From positions 92,076 through 156,075 of the forward strand of contig JAHPZI010000002.1 in assembly GCA_019058295.1 (NCBI GenBank): DNA of 64,000 nt, in the 5' to 3' direction. Position numbers and translations under genes: made by a program. Numbering within the stretch: the stretch's first letter is position 1; each line of letters opens with the position of its first letter. This document shows positions 1 through 9,816 of this stretch, piece by piece. The notes beneath the pieces are model-generated. The model made no database searches. It was not told the DNA's origin and saw nothing but the letters and a program-made list of their open reading frames with translations. The stretch is from Promethearchaeota archaeon (GTDB taxonomy: Archaea > Asgardarchaeota > Lokiarchaeia > Sigyniarchaeales > SOKP01).

Positions 1-2
1 AT

Positions 3-581
3 GAGGCATGTGAAAAAGTAACTGATATTCAAATTGAATATATAGAGAAACAAATTGAGGCAGGAGCGAGGACTATAATGCTACCAGTTGTTTTAGCTGA
101 GAGAGAACTGATGAGTAAAGAAATGTGGTTAGAATTTGATATGCCTTACCAACAGCGGATTGCTAAATTTGTCAAGAGAAAAAAGGCTCTATATTGTATA
201 CATACATGTGGTCGTGGGCCTTATTTCGATCTTTTAATTGAACACCTTAAACCTGTTCTTATCCAGAATGCTTTTTTACCGGATGGTGTTAAAACCGAAG
301 AGGAAATGGTTGAAAAATATGGTAGAAAGTTAGTATTCTTAGGTTTTCTAAGTGTTGCATTGCTTGCTTGGTCAAGTCCTATGGAAGTAATAGCAGAATG
401 TAAAAGAGAGCTTGAAGTCTTTGGAAAATCTCCCGCAGGATATTTTCTTGGAGCATCGTGTGAATACCCTCCATATGCTCCTTTATACAATGCACTGGCA
501 GTAGTAAAGGCTGCTAGAATGTACGGGGCTAATTTTAAAACTGGAGAAGGACCAGATTATGAAGAGGAGGGTGCAACCTAA
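3..581 (+). CDS. Uroporphyrinogen decarboxylase/MtaA-CmuA family methyltransferase, 5' partial
   Basis: Frame is open from nt 3 (EACEKVTDIQIEYIEKQIEAGARTIM...). It has the HTCG Zn-ligand motif and C-terminal GYFLGASCEYPPYAPLYN, and lies 2 nt upstream of a corrinoid protein gene. Confidence 0.8.
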   Translation, partial: EACEKVTDIQIEYIEKQIEAGARTIMLPVVLAERELMSKEMWLEFDMPYQQRIAKFVKRKKALYCIHTCGRGPYFDLLIEHLKPVLIQNAFLPDGVKTEEEMVEKYGRKLVFLGFLSVALLAWSSPMEVIAECKRELEVFGKSPAGYFLGASCEYPPYAPLYNALAVVKAARMYGANFKTGEGPDYEEEGAT

Positions 582-583
582 AA

Positions 584-1222
584 ATGTCAAGAGAAGAAAT
601 TTTAGAAAAACTCAAGAATAGTGTTATAGATTGCGATGAAGAGATTGCAAAGGAAGCTGCCAAAGAAGCTTTAGAGGCGGGAATCGATCCGATGGAGGCT
701 TTAAAAGAGGGGCTTTATATGGGTTTGAAAGAAGTTTGCAACCAATATGAAGAAACTGTTTATATAACAGAAATGATATTTGCCTCAGATACATTTTATG
801 CGGGTGCTAATATATTAAAAGCAAGTATAGATCCGGAAAAATTAAAAAAAAATAGAAAAGGTATTGCTGTGATTGGTGTTGTTGAAGGAGATATTCACGA
901 TCTTGGCAAAAATATGGTAAAATATCTAATGGAAGCAGAAGGCTTTGAAGTTCATGATTTAGGATTTGATGTAAAAGCAGAGAGATTTATAGAAGAGGCA
1001 GAAAAATCTAACGCAGACCTCATCTTAATCTCATTGATGTTAAGTTCAATGTATCCAGAGATAAGTAAAATCGTCGGATTAGCAAAAGAAAAAGGTTTAA
1101 AAGCAAAAATAATGGCTGGTGGAGGACCAGTTTCAGAAGGAATCGCTCAAAAATATGGCGCAGAGGGATGGGCTCTGACTGGTCCCTTAGCTGTTGAAAA
1201 AGCTTTAGACTTACTTAAATAG
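584..1222 (+). CDS. Corrinoid (cobalamin-binding) protein, MtaC/MtbC family
   Basis: B12 cap domain plus GDIHDLGKN (DxHxxG) motif, SxM and GGG motifs. Confidence 0.93.
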   Translation: MSREEILEKLKNSVIDCDEEIAKEAAKEALEAGIDPMEALKEGLYMGLKEVCNQYEETVYITEMIFASDTFYAGANILKASIDPEKLKKNRKGIAVIGVVEGDIHDLGKNMVKYLMEAEGFEVHDLGFDVKAERFIEEAEKSNADLILISLMLSSMYPEISKIVGLAKEKGLKAKIMAGGGPVSEGIAQKYGAEGWALTGPLAVEKALDLLK

Positions 1223-1262
1223 ATTTAATTTTATATATTTTTAATATTTTTTTTATAATAAA

Positions 1263-2690
1263 ATGGTTATAACTCCTACTAAAATTTATGAAGATTTTAA
1301 GAATAATATTTTAGATAAACATTCCGCTGTTGATATTTTAATCTCACTAATAGAAAATAGTAAAAATAATAACATAAGAACTGAAAGCGTTGGATTTATT
1401 GAAAAAATTGGATATAACCACGATAAAATCTTTAGACTTTTTGAAAACTTATTAATATCAGATTCGAATAAAGAAGTTAGAATTGCTGCTGCTAATGCAA
1501 TATATAAAAATTTTTTAGATAAGGCATTAAGCCCTATGATGTATTCAATTCTTAATGAATCATCATTAGAATGCTTGAATATAGTTAAAAATTCTTTAAC
1601 CAATATAATAAAAACATTGTTAGAAAGAGATGATAATTTCTCTAAACCAATCCTAATTAAAGAAATAAAGAAGATATCTAATCAAAAATTTAACGATAAC
1701 TTGTATGATCTGATTAAGGAAGGTCAAATTAAAGAATTTTCAAGGAATGAATTAGCTCAAGTGTTAATTGATTACATTACAATTTCATTATTAAAAAAAC
1801 AATTCCAAAAATTAAATTTCGAGTTAGAAAATGGAACAGTTAAAAAATTAGATTTAAGATTTAGATATTATAACATATCCTCCGAGTTAATATCGCCTTC
1901 TTCTCCAGTAATAATTCCGATCTTCAAAAATGATGGATTAGATACTCAATCAGGGTCAATTAATCCTCTATCTTCTTGTACTGAACTACATTTAAGTTAT
2001 AATTCTTTAAAAGAACTTCCTAATTGGATAAAATCCCTTTCTTCTCTTGAATCTCTATATTTACATGGAAATTACTTAACTAAGCTTCCAGATTGGATTG
2101 GTTCTATAAGCTCGCTTAAAACAATTGGATTATCTAGAAATAAATTATTGTCGCTCCCTAAATCTTTATTGGATCTTAGCTTGCTTAAATATTTGGGATT
2201 AAGCAATAATAATCTTAAATATGTACCCGAATGGTTAGGATCACATAATTCGCTTGAAAAATTATGGTTGGATAATAATCATATTTTATCCCTTCCTGAG
2301 TCGCTTAAATCGCTTTCTTCGCTAAAATCTCTCTATTTAGGAAATAATAATTTAAGGATCCTTCCCGAAATTTTTGAGTCATTTAAATCTCTTAAGGCTC
2401 TATGGCTGGAAGGGAATGACATAGAAAAACTCCCTGAATCAATAGGTTCTCTCTCTTCCCTTGAATATTTATATTTGAATGATAATAAAATAAATGAACT
2501 TCCAAAGTCAATTAGTAAGCTTTCTTCGTTGAAATACTTACATCTTAATAATAATATGCTGATGAAAATTCCTGAATCGTTAGAACATCTCTCATCACTT
2601 AAAGGATTATGGTTAAAGGGTAATAATTTAAAGGAAATACCTGATTCTATAAAAAAATTGAGAGAGAGAGGGGTTTCAGTTCATATCTAA
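1263..2690 (+). CDS. Leucine-rich repeat protein with N-terminal HEAT-like region
   Basis: About ten 23-aa LRRs (LxxLPESIGSLSSLExLxLxxNxL) in the C-terminal half; N-terminal LLISDSNKEVRIAAA is HEAT-like. Confidence 0.92.
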   Translation: MVITPTKIYEDFKNNILDKHSAVDILISLIENSKNNNIRTESVGFIEKIGYNHDKIFRLFENLLISDSNKEVRIAAANAIYKNFLDKALSPMMYSILNESSLECLNIVKNSLTNIIKTLLERDDNFSKPILIKEIKKISNQKFNDNLYDLIKEGQIKEFSRNELAQVLIDYITISLLKKQFQKLNFELENGTVKKLDLRFRYYNISSELISPSSPVIIPIFKNDGLDTQSGSINPLSSCTELHLSYNSLKELPNWIKSLSSLESLYLHGNYLTKLPDWIGSISSLKTIGLSRNKLLSLPKSLLDLSLLKYLGLSNNNLKYVPEWLGSHNSLEKLWLDNNHILSLPESLKSLSSLKSLYLGNNNLRILPEIFESFKSLKALWLEGNDIEKLPESIGSLSSLEYLYLNDNKINELPKSISKLSSLKYLHLNNNMLMKIPESLEHLSSLKGLWLKGNNLKEIPDSIKKLRERGVSVHI

Positions 2691-4643
2691 TCAAAAATTA
2701 TAATATTTTTTGAGTAAATAATCGATTTCCTCTTCATTTAGTTCAAATAATTGAAAAAATAATTTATCAATAATTTTTTGAATGAAATCTTTATTATTAT
2801 ACTCAAGAGCTACCTTAATATCTGCCATTAAATCTATTTGGTTAAAAATTGAAAAAAATCTTAAATTATTTAATTTTAAAATCAAGTGATTTAGATTGTG
2901 CTGTTCAGAGGAACGATCTAGTTCAATTAAACAGGAGATAAGGAATTTAATTACAGATAAAATCGCTAAATCTTCCTCAGACTGAAATTTTTCCATATTT
3001 GGTATAGGTAATCCATATTCAAGTTTTGTTTTGCTTCTTTTAATTTGAATGTTTTTTGCTTTAAATAGAAAGTGAACAAGTTTGGAATTTAAATAGGCCA
3101 GGATAAATCTATAGTTTACTTTTTCTTCCAAAATTCTTGGCCACAGAAAATATGTATCTGAGGTGGCAAAATAAGGAGAATTTGAAAATCCAAATATGTT
3201 TTTAGTTGAGATATATTTTAAAAAGATTTTTTTACTATTCTCATATAAAGGTTCGAGATCTATTATTTTATCTTTAAAATCTTCTTCTAACCTTCTAATA
3301 AAAGTACCTCGTCTTGGAAAATAAAAATCTTCAGGATTTTCTTTTGCGTTTATTAATATTTCTCGTAATTCTTTTTCAAACTGTTTTAAATATGATGTAA
3401 GAACAGGATATTTTTTATCATATAATTGATTTCGTTCATGTTCTTCATGATAAGGGAATTCATTTTTATTAAAATAAATTGCATATCCATCGTTATCATT
3501 CTGATTATATCCATAATGCTTTATAGATTTACTCTTGTATATTTTTTTAAGCCTATTTTTTTCTATTTCAGAAAGTTTTAAATAATGATTATTTATTTTA
3601 ACGAAATATTCGTCATTTTCAATTTTTAAGTTATTTTCCTTGGTTAAAATAAAGATTTTATCCTTTATGAAGATTAAACCATTGCGAATTATAAAATAAT
3701 CTCTTAATAAAGAAAGTTCTCCTTTAATGGAACAAAAATTTTCAATTTTATTAACAATTTCTTTAACTTCTTGAGGATAAATCAGATTCCAACTACCTTC
3801 TCTTTTCAAATCCCTATTAGTTGAAGCAGATTTATATCTCAATATATCATTAGATTCAGCGTTCTGGAGTAAATCCATAAAAATTTTCTTATTAAAGAGT
3901 TCATCTGATAGATTAGAGTTCTTTCTGTGCCGAACTTGAACAATCTCTATAGATTTATCAATTTTTTGTATTTTTTCTTGCTCATTTTTCTTTTGCAACA
4001 CGAATATACAGTTATGTTGCCCTTCTGCTCCCTTAAATAGCTTTAAACGTGATAAATCGACATATTGAAGCAAAAAACACTCATCTATTATATGAGGTTT
4101 TAAAAATTTTATTCCTGTTTTTTTGGATTTTGTAATCCAATAATTTGTAGTAATAAATGATAGAATTCCTCCAGGATTTAATTTTATTATTCCTAAATGA
4201 ATAAAATAATAAAATAAATCCATATTTCCTACGAAATAGTTTTCGCATACTGGATAATTCTTAACATAATCTTGAAAAACTTCTGCATTATAGTTTTGCC
4301 CTAAATAGGGAGGATTTCCTATAATTACATCAAATTTTTCATTAATGTTTGAACTAAAAAAATTTTCAAATTTGAATTTTACACTCGAATAAGTACTTAA
4401 AAGATGATCTTTTAAACAATCATCTATTTCATAAGCAGTAATATCATTAAAATTGTTTTGAAGTAGGTATTTCAAGAAAATTCCTTTTCCAACAGATGGT
4501 TCTAAAATTTTGAAATCATGCGGGTTCTTATCATCAACCTCAATGAATTTTAATACATTATTTACCATAAACTCAGCAACATATTCAGGAGTGAAGATCT
4601 GACTAAAAGACTCATTCCTAATATTATTATTTTTTAAAACCAT
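2691..4643 (-). CDS. N6-adenine DNA methyltransferase (gamma class, Eco57I/TaqI-like)
   Basis: QIFTP, ILEPSVGKGIF (motif I), IIGNPPY (motif IV), and a TaqI-C-like tail (LAYLNSKLV...LPIP). Confidence 0.88.
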   Translation of the reverse strand: MVLKNNNIRNESFSQIFTPEYVAEFMVNNVLKFIEVDDKNPHDFKILEPSVGKGIFLKYLLQNNFNDITAYEIDDCLKDHLLSTYSSVKFKFENFFSSNINEKFDVIIGNPPYLGQNYNAEVFQDYVKNYPVCENYFVGNMDLFYYFIHLGIIKLNPGGILSFITTNYWITKSKKTGIKFLKPHIIDECFLLQYVDLSRLKLFKGAEGQHNCIFVLQKKNEQEKIQKIDKSIEIVQVRHRKNSNLSDELFNKKIFMDLLQNAESNDILRYKSASTNRDLKREGSWNLIYPQEVKEIVNKIENFCSIKGELSLLRDYFIIRNGLIFIKDKIFILTKENNLKIENDEYFVKINNHYLKLSEIEKNRLKKIYKSKSIKHYGYNQNDNDGYAIYFNKNEFPYHEEHERNQLYDKKYPVLTSYLKQFEKELREILINAKENPEDFYFPRRGTFIRRLEEDFKDKIIDLEPLYENSKKIFLKYISTKNIFGFSNSPYFATSDTYFLWPRILEEKVNYRFILAYLNSKLVHFLFKAKNIQIKRSKTKLEYGLPIPNMEKFQSEEDLAILSVIKFLISCLIELDRSSEQHNLNHLILKLNNLRFFSIFNQIDLMADIKVALEYNNKDFIQKIIDKLFFQLFELNEEEIDYLLKKYYNF

Positions 4644-4779
4644 ATAATTTAAATTATAGGTTATAAAAACTAAATAATTGTTTGTTTAATGCTTATTATT
4701 TTGAAGATTTTATTAAATGAAAAGTAAGAATTATAAAAAATTATTTTTAATTTTTATTGATATTCTTATCCCAACTAAA

Positions 4780-5709
4780 TTATGCTTTTACTACTTCCAC
4801 GAGTTTAGGAAATATTCTTGTGTAATGGACTGCCATGCAATGTATGCCCGCTAAAAGACCTTTACTTTTCAATTCGGATATAAACGGTTTAAAGAACTCA
4901 TAATTTAATTGATCGTACACATCTTTTTGTTCCTTCTTGTCAGTAACATCTGTCTTAACGCTTTTCCATTTAGCAAGAATGTCTTTTGGCACGTCTACTC
5001 CCGGAACAAACATGTCAAAACCTTTCGCAATCCCATAACTTTTCATTGGAAATATACCTAAAAATACAGGTACTTTATACTTTTGAATTGCTCGTAAAAA
5101 TTCAATCGTCATGTCAAGGTCATAAACAACTTGCGTTTGTATGAATTCAGCTCCCGCTTCAGCTTTTCTTCCAATTTTTAAGATTTCTGCCTCCATTGGA
5201 TCTGCATTTGGATTAGCAGCAGCACCAACATGCATAGTCGGCGGATGTTCAATTTCATTATTATTAATTTTTCCTCTATCCACCATTTCTCTAACAAGCT
5301 TAACTAACGTTGCGGAATCAAGGTCAAAAACAGGTTTTGCTTCAGGAACATCACCTAAGTTGGTATGATCACCAGTAAGAGATAAAACATTGCGAAGGCC
5401 CAAAGCTTGAGCTCCCATAATTTGTCCTGCCAAACCTATTTTATTACAATCTCTAACCGTTAATTGCCACACACACTCTAAACCCGTTTCTCTCTGTATT
5501 ATATGAGAAGCTGCCATAGAATTAATTGTCACTATTGCAAGAGGGCTATCTGTAATATTTGCGGCTACAACATAAGGAGCCATTTCTTTTGCTTCCTGAA
5601 TGGTGTGAGAAAGATCACAAGTCTTTTCAGGTTCCAGTTCTCCAGTTAGAACAAATTCCCCTTTTGAAATCATCTCACCTAACTTTGAGTAAATTTTTTT
5701 CTCTGCCAT
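4780..5709 (-). CDS. metF: Methylenetetrahydrofolate reductase catalytic subunit (copy 1)
   Basis: TGELEP, ANITD, QLTVRD.N, LTGDH, AGAEFIQTQ and GIHCMA motifs. Confidence 0.9.
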   Translation of the reverse strand: MAEKKIYSKLGEMISKGEFVLTGELEPEKTCDLSHTIQEAKEMAPYVVAANITDSPLAIVTINSMAASHIIQRETGLECVWQLTVRDCNKIGLAGQIMGAQALGLRNVLSLTGDHTNLGDVPEAKPVFDLDSATLVKLVREMVDRGKINNNEIEHPPTMHVGAAANPNADPMEAEILKIGRKAEAGAEFIQTQVVYDLDMTIEFLRAIQKYKVPVFLGIFPMKSYGIAKGFDMFVPGVDVPKDILAKWKSVKTDVTDKKEQKDVYDQLNYEFFKPFISELKSKGLLAGIHCMAVHYTRIFPKLVEVVKA

Positions 5710-5721
5710 CTTCTCTCCCTC

Positions 5722-6393
5722 CTACCTAAAAATTACCTCTCTTTGATGTCCAGAATCGGACCAATCTCTAGGTTCTCTTAATTTGCTGAATAAATCCAAC
5801 CGTCCAATAGCTTTAAGGCGATTATATATTAGTACCCATCCGCAATCTCTCTCGTAATTTCCAACTTCACATTTGCCATTGACCATCCCACCACAAGGCC
5901 CATTCATTAAAGCTTTAGCACAGGTAGTTATGGGACAGATTCCTCCTGTTTCGTTTAATAGACAATCTCCGCAACCTAAACAGCGCATTCTAAACCGACC
6001 GATTCTTTCTGTCATTCCCATAAATTCCGTATTATTAGTTACAAATACCTTTTTATTTGGATGTTTCTTACTAAGTATTTGGACTATAGATTGAACTCCG
6101 AGTCCACAACTTAATGTTACAATCGCATCTGCTTCTTTAACCGAATCATCAATTTTTCTTAAATCCTTCATCATAACTCTATTGTCGCATACATCTTCAG
6201 AAACAATGCCAGTTAAAACCTCAAATCCTTCATTTTCTAATATCTCAGTCCATTCCTTTAATCCCTCTGTTCCTCCTGTTTGACATAATGCAGCACATAC
6301 ACCACAAGAAACAACAACAAGAGATCTCACATTATTTTCTCTCAATATGTTTAAAACTTCATCAACCGGCTTTTTTGTTGTAATTACTACCAT
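5722..6393 (-). CDS. metV: MTHFR small Fe-S/Zn subunit MetV (copy 1)
   Basis: CGVCAALCQTGG, SCGLGVQ, CLGCGDC, GICPITTCAK..NGPCGG..CEV..C.W; directly upstream of metF. Confidence 0.9.
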   Translation of the reverse strand: MVVITTKKPVDEVLNILRENNVRSLVVVSCGVCAALCQTGGTEGLKEWTEILENEGFEVLTGIVSEDVCDNRVMMKDLRKIDDSVKEADAIVTLSCGLGVQSIVQILSKKHPNKKVFVTNNTEFMGMTERIGRFRMRCLGCGDCLLNETGGICPITTCAKALMNGPCGGMVNGKCEVGNYERDCGWVLIYNRLKAIGRLDLFSKLREPRDWSDSGHQREVIFR

Positions 6394-6583
6394 TTTATCA
6401 TCAACAATTTTGTTTTAATATAAAAAATATATACCTATTTTAGAGAAATTTTCAAATTATTAAAATTTTAATATTAATTTTGATAAATTTATGTCTAAAA
6501 AAAATACTAATCTTTTTAAAAAAAGAAATAGTATTACGAAAAATAAAAAAATGAAAAAAAAAAGAAATTAATTTAAAATTGTC

Positions 6584-8083
6584 TTAACCACCAGCAGCAA
6601 GCATTCGACCGATAGGAGCAGCGAGTCCACCGATTATTGAGCCAAAGGATGTTAATTTCTTTAACTGTGTTTTTAAATCTTTAGAAACTTTTACGGATCT
6701 TGTTTTTCCTTCTATTATTGTACCATCAGCTGTTTCTAAAAAGATTTGGATTGTCTGTTCTCCAATTTCTTTGGGTTCTAATGTAAGCCATGTTGTATCT
6801 CCATTCTCTAACATTATTGACATTGTTCCACAAATATCTTCACCAGTAGAAAACAATGGAATTGGTTTATTCGGAATTTCATAAGTTCCTCGCCCCTCAA
6901 CTTCGATATCTAATATAATTTCTTTTGGATCAAAACCAGGTGCGGTAACTTTAATACGATATTCTTTTGCTTCAGGTGCGTTATTGTAAAGATAGACCAT
7001 TACATTAAGTTCAGTTCCTTTATACACGATTTCTTGCGCAGATGAGTCCATGTATATTGGATCCTTAGATAACCGTTCGATATTATCAGCTAACTCTAGC
7101 TGGAGCCTATCAATGATATTGAAAAATCCTGGATTGTATTCTTTAATAAATTCAAATATCTTATAGATATCTTTCTTTCCAAAATACCATCGATTTTCTA
7201 TTAAACCCCCTTTATCAATATCAAAAGTGTCAGATTTTATATTTAATACTTCTGACATTTCGTTATTAAGCTGCTCATCTGTAAGGACATCATGATTTCT
7301 CAAATAATATAAGAACAGGATTTTCTCCATAGCAAAAGTAATAGGGAATTCCTCCGCTTCCCTCTTCTTTACAGCTTCAACAAAACTTGGATTAAGATTT
7401 TTATTAATAACTGCTAAATATTCATCCCATTTCAAGAATGTGACAGGATCCAAATGATTGGATAGTACATCTGAGAAAAAGTTATCAAGAAATATCTGAT
7501 GCGTCGTGGGTTTATAGAAATCCTGAAGTCCGTTAACATCATGGATATTGAGCTTTAAACTTCGAACTAACAACGCTAAACCGAACCCAAATAATGCAAA
7601 GCCGATTGCAACAAAACCAATATAAGAACGAGGCTCCTCTGCCGTTAATACCAACATTCCTATAAATAGCCCTAACGAGACTAAACATAAAAGGGCAATC
7701 ATGAAAAGAAGATTTATTACACCCTTCACATTATTATAGAGCAAATCAAATCCGTCTAGACTATCAATGGGTCTGCCTCTCTTACGTTCAAATTTTAATC
7801 TTGCTTTTAGTGATTTTTGCGTATAAAATGCGCCTAACAGTAGTAAAATTGAGTTTAAACCGTAGATACCTAAAACAGTCCAAAAACCAATTACACCAAC
7901 TATCGCAAAAACAGAAGCTCCTGTAAGAAAACCAACTAGAATCAATAAGGCAAGAACCACTAGCACAATAGGAAGTACAAATAGTAATAATTTCCCTATT
8001 CTATAGATATAATTTATCAGGGCACCTTGCAAACTTTCTAATCGTTTAATTTTCTTTAAATCTTTCGCTAATCTTGGTTCCAT
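6584..8083 (-). CDS. Uncharacterised membrane protein (about 4 N-terminal TM helices, soluble domain, C-terminal beta-rich domain), paralog A
   Basis: Four hydrophobic stretches in the first ~175 aa; collinear similarity to 8239-9723. Confidence 0.8.
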   Translation of the reverse strand: MEPRLAKDLKKIKRLESLQGALINYIYRIGKLLLFVLPIVLVVLALLILVGFLTGASVFAIVGVIGFWTVLGIYGLNSILLLLGAFYTQKSLKARLKFERKRGRPIDSLDGFDLLYNNVKGVINLLFMIALLCLVSLGLFIGMLVLTAEEPRSYIGFVAIGFALFGFGLALLVRSLKLNIHDVNGLQDFYKPTTHQIFLDNFFSDVLSNHLDPVTFLKWDEYLAVINKNLNPSFVEAVKKREAEEFPITFAMEKILFLYYLRNHDVLTDEQLNNEMSEVLNIKSDTFDIDKGGLIENRWYFGKKDIYKIFEFIKEYNPGFFNIIDRLQLELADNIERLSKDPIYMDSSAQEIVYKGTELNVMVYLYNNAPEAKEYRIKVTAPGFDPKEIILDIEVEGRGTYEIPNKPIPLFSTGEDICGTMSIMLENGDTTWLTLEPKEIGEQTIQIFLETADGTIIEGKTRSVKVSKDLKTQLKKLTSFGSIIGGLAAPIGRMLAAGG

Positions 8084-8238
8084 AATTTATCAACTTTTTT
8101 TGATTAGAATTTTTTTTTTAAAAAGTATATACTAAAAAATAAAGATCGTGCTATTTATAAGATTAACGCATTGAAATTTAAAAAAAAAAAAAGCTGAAAT
8201 TTTCAAATCTTTTTTCAAAAAATAAAAAAAAAAAGAAA

Positions 8239-9723
8239 TTAGGTAACTATGAGTGCTCTTGAGATAGGTGCTGCGATTCCACCCAAAATGGACCCTATTG
8301 AGGTAAGCTTCTTTAATTGACTTCTAAAATCTTTAGCAACTCGAACATTACGAGTTCTTCCTTCAATTATGGTTCCATCAGCAGTCTCTAAGAAGATTTG
8401 AATCGATTGCTCTCCAAGTATTCGAGGCTCTAATGTAAGCCATAGAGAATCTCCATTTTCTAGCATATCAGACATAACGCCTACAATATCAGTTCCTGAA
8501 CTAGACGTGAGAGGTATTGGTTCTTCCGGTATTTTGAATGAACCTCTTCCCTCCACTCTCATATCAAGCTTAAATTCTCCAGGAGCAAAACCAGTTGCTA
8601 TGACTCTAATTCTATATTCCTTAGATTTTGGTGAATTATTAAATAAATAAACCATTACATTGAGAGCTTGTCCCTTAAAAACGGATTCATGAGCGAATGA
8701 ATCCATATATATCTTATCTTGTGAAAACATCTCAATATTATCTCGTAATTCAATTTGAAGTCGGTCGATGATCTTAAAAATTCCTGGATTATGTTCTTTT
8801 ATATATTCAAAAAGACTGAAAATATCCTTTCTGCTAAAATAAAACTTGCCATCTATTAATAATCCCTTGTCGACATCAAATGTTTTTGATTCTATTTTGA
8901 TTACTTCTTTTAATTCTGCTAAAAAGCGCTCCTCTTCTAAGACTCCTTGAGACCTTAAGTAATAAAGATAGAGAATTTTTTCTATGGCAAAAGTTATAGG
9001 TCGTTCGCCTTTTTCTAAGCCCTTAATCTTCTTAATGAAAGCAGGATTTAAGATTTCGCTAATTCCTAATATATAATCATTCCATCTTAAAAGCGTTATT
9101 GGATCAATATGATTTGAAACAACATCCGAAAATAAATTATCTAAGAAGATTTGATGGTTCGTTGGTTTATAAAAATCTTTAAGCCCGTTGACATCATATA
9201 TATTTAAGTTCAAACTCCTGATAAGCAACGCTACTCCGATAGCAAATAAAGTGAATCCAATTGCAGCATAACCCAGCTCAATAAATGTTAGAATAACCAT
9301 CGCAGCAAAAAGGGAAGTTGCTATAAGATTTAAAATAGCTGTAACTTTTAGTAGTGTTATTACTCTTTTTACATGATGAGTCAGCTCATCGAAACCATCA
9401 AGCGCATCAATTGGACGACCTCTCATTCTCTCGAATTCTAACCGAACTTCTAATAGTTTTTTTGTCCTAGCGGCCCCTAAATAAAGTATAATTGAATTTA
9501 AAGTATAAAGAGCCAATATACCAAAAAAAATACCTATCAATCTAGTTGAAATAACAACTAAATCTACTAAGGTAAGAATAGCTAGTACTGTAATCCCGAT
9601 AAGCATAAAGGGTAGAAGGAATTGAAGCCATTTACCTATCTTTGTAATAAAACGTATAATAAATGCCTGAAAGCGTTCAAGTTTATTTAATTCTCTTAAA
9701 TCTTTTTCATAATTCGGTTCCAT
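8239..9723 (-). CDS. Uncharacterised membrane protein, paralog B
   Basis: Shares blocks such as GRPIDxLDGFD, DFYKPTxHQIFLDN and IQIFLETADGTIIEG with paralog A. The ATG at 9723 aligns with paralog A's MEP start. Confidence 0.8.
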   Translation of the reverse strand: MEPNYEKDLRELNKLERFQAFIIRFITKIGKWLQFLLPFMLIGITVLAILTLVDLVVISTRLIGIFFGILALYTLNSIILYLGAARTKKLLEVRLEFERMRGRPIDALDGFDELTHHVKRVITLLKVTAILNLIATSLFAAMVILTFIELGYAAIGFTLFAIGVALLIRSLNLNIYDVNGLKDFYKPTNHQIFLDNLFSDVVSNHIDPITLLRWNDYILGISEILNPAFIKKIKGLEKGERPITFAIEKILYLYYLRSQGVLEEERFLAELKEVIKIESKTFDVDKGLLIDGKFYFSRKDIFSLFEYIKEHNPGIFKIIDRLQIELRDNIEMFSQDKIYMDSFAHESVFKGQALNVMVYLFNNSPKSKEYRIRVIATGFAPGEFKLDMRVEGRGSFKIPEEPIPLTSSSGTDIVGVMSDMLENGDSLWLTLEPRILGEQSIQIFLETADGTIIEGRTRNVRVAKDFRSQLKKLTSIGSILGGIAAPISRALIVT

Positions 9724-9783
9724 TGATATCAACTTATTTTATAAAGTATTATAAATAAGTATAGAAGAGCTTGATATTTATAT

Positions 9784-9816
9784 TTTTAACGGATGAAAAT
9801 TTAATTTTAACGGATG
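9784..9816. promoter_or_regulatory. Direct repeat TTTTAACGGATG x2 with 21-bp period, next to the putative TATA of paralog B
   Basis: Copies at 9784-9795 and 9805-9816; a minus-strand ATATAAAT lies immediately on the gene side. Confidence 0.45.
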
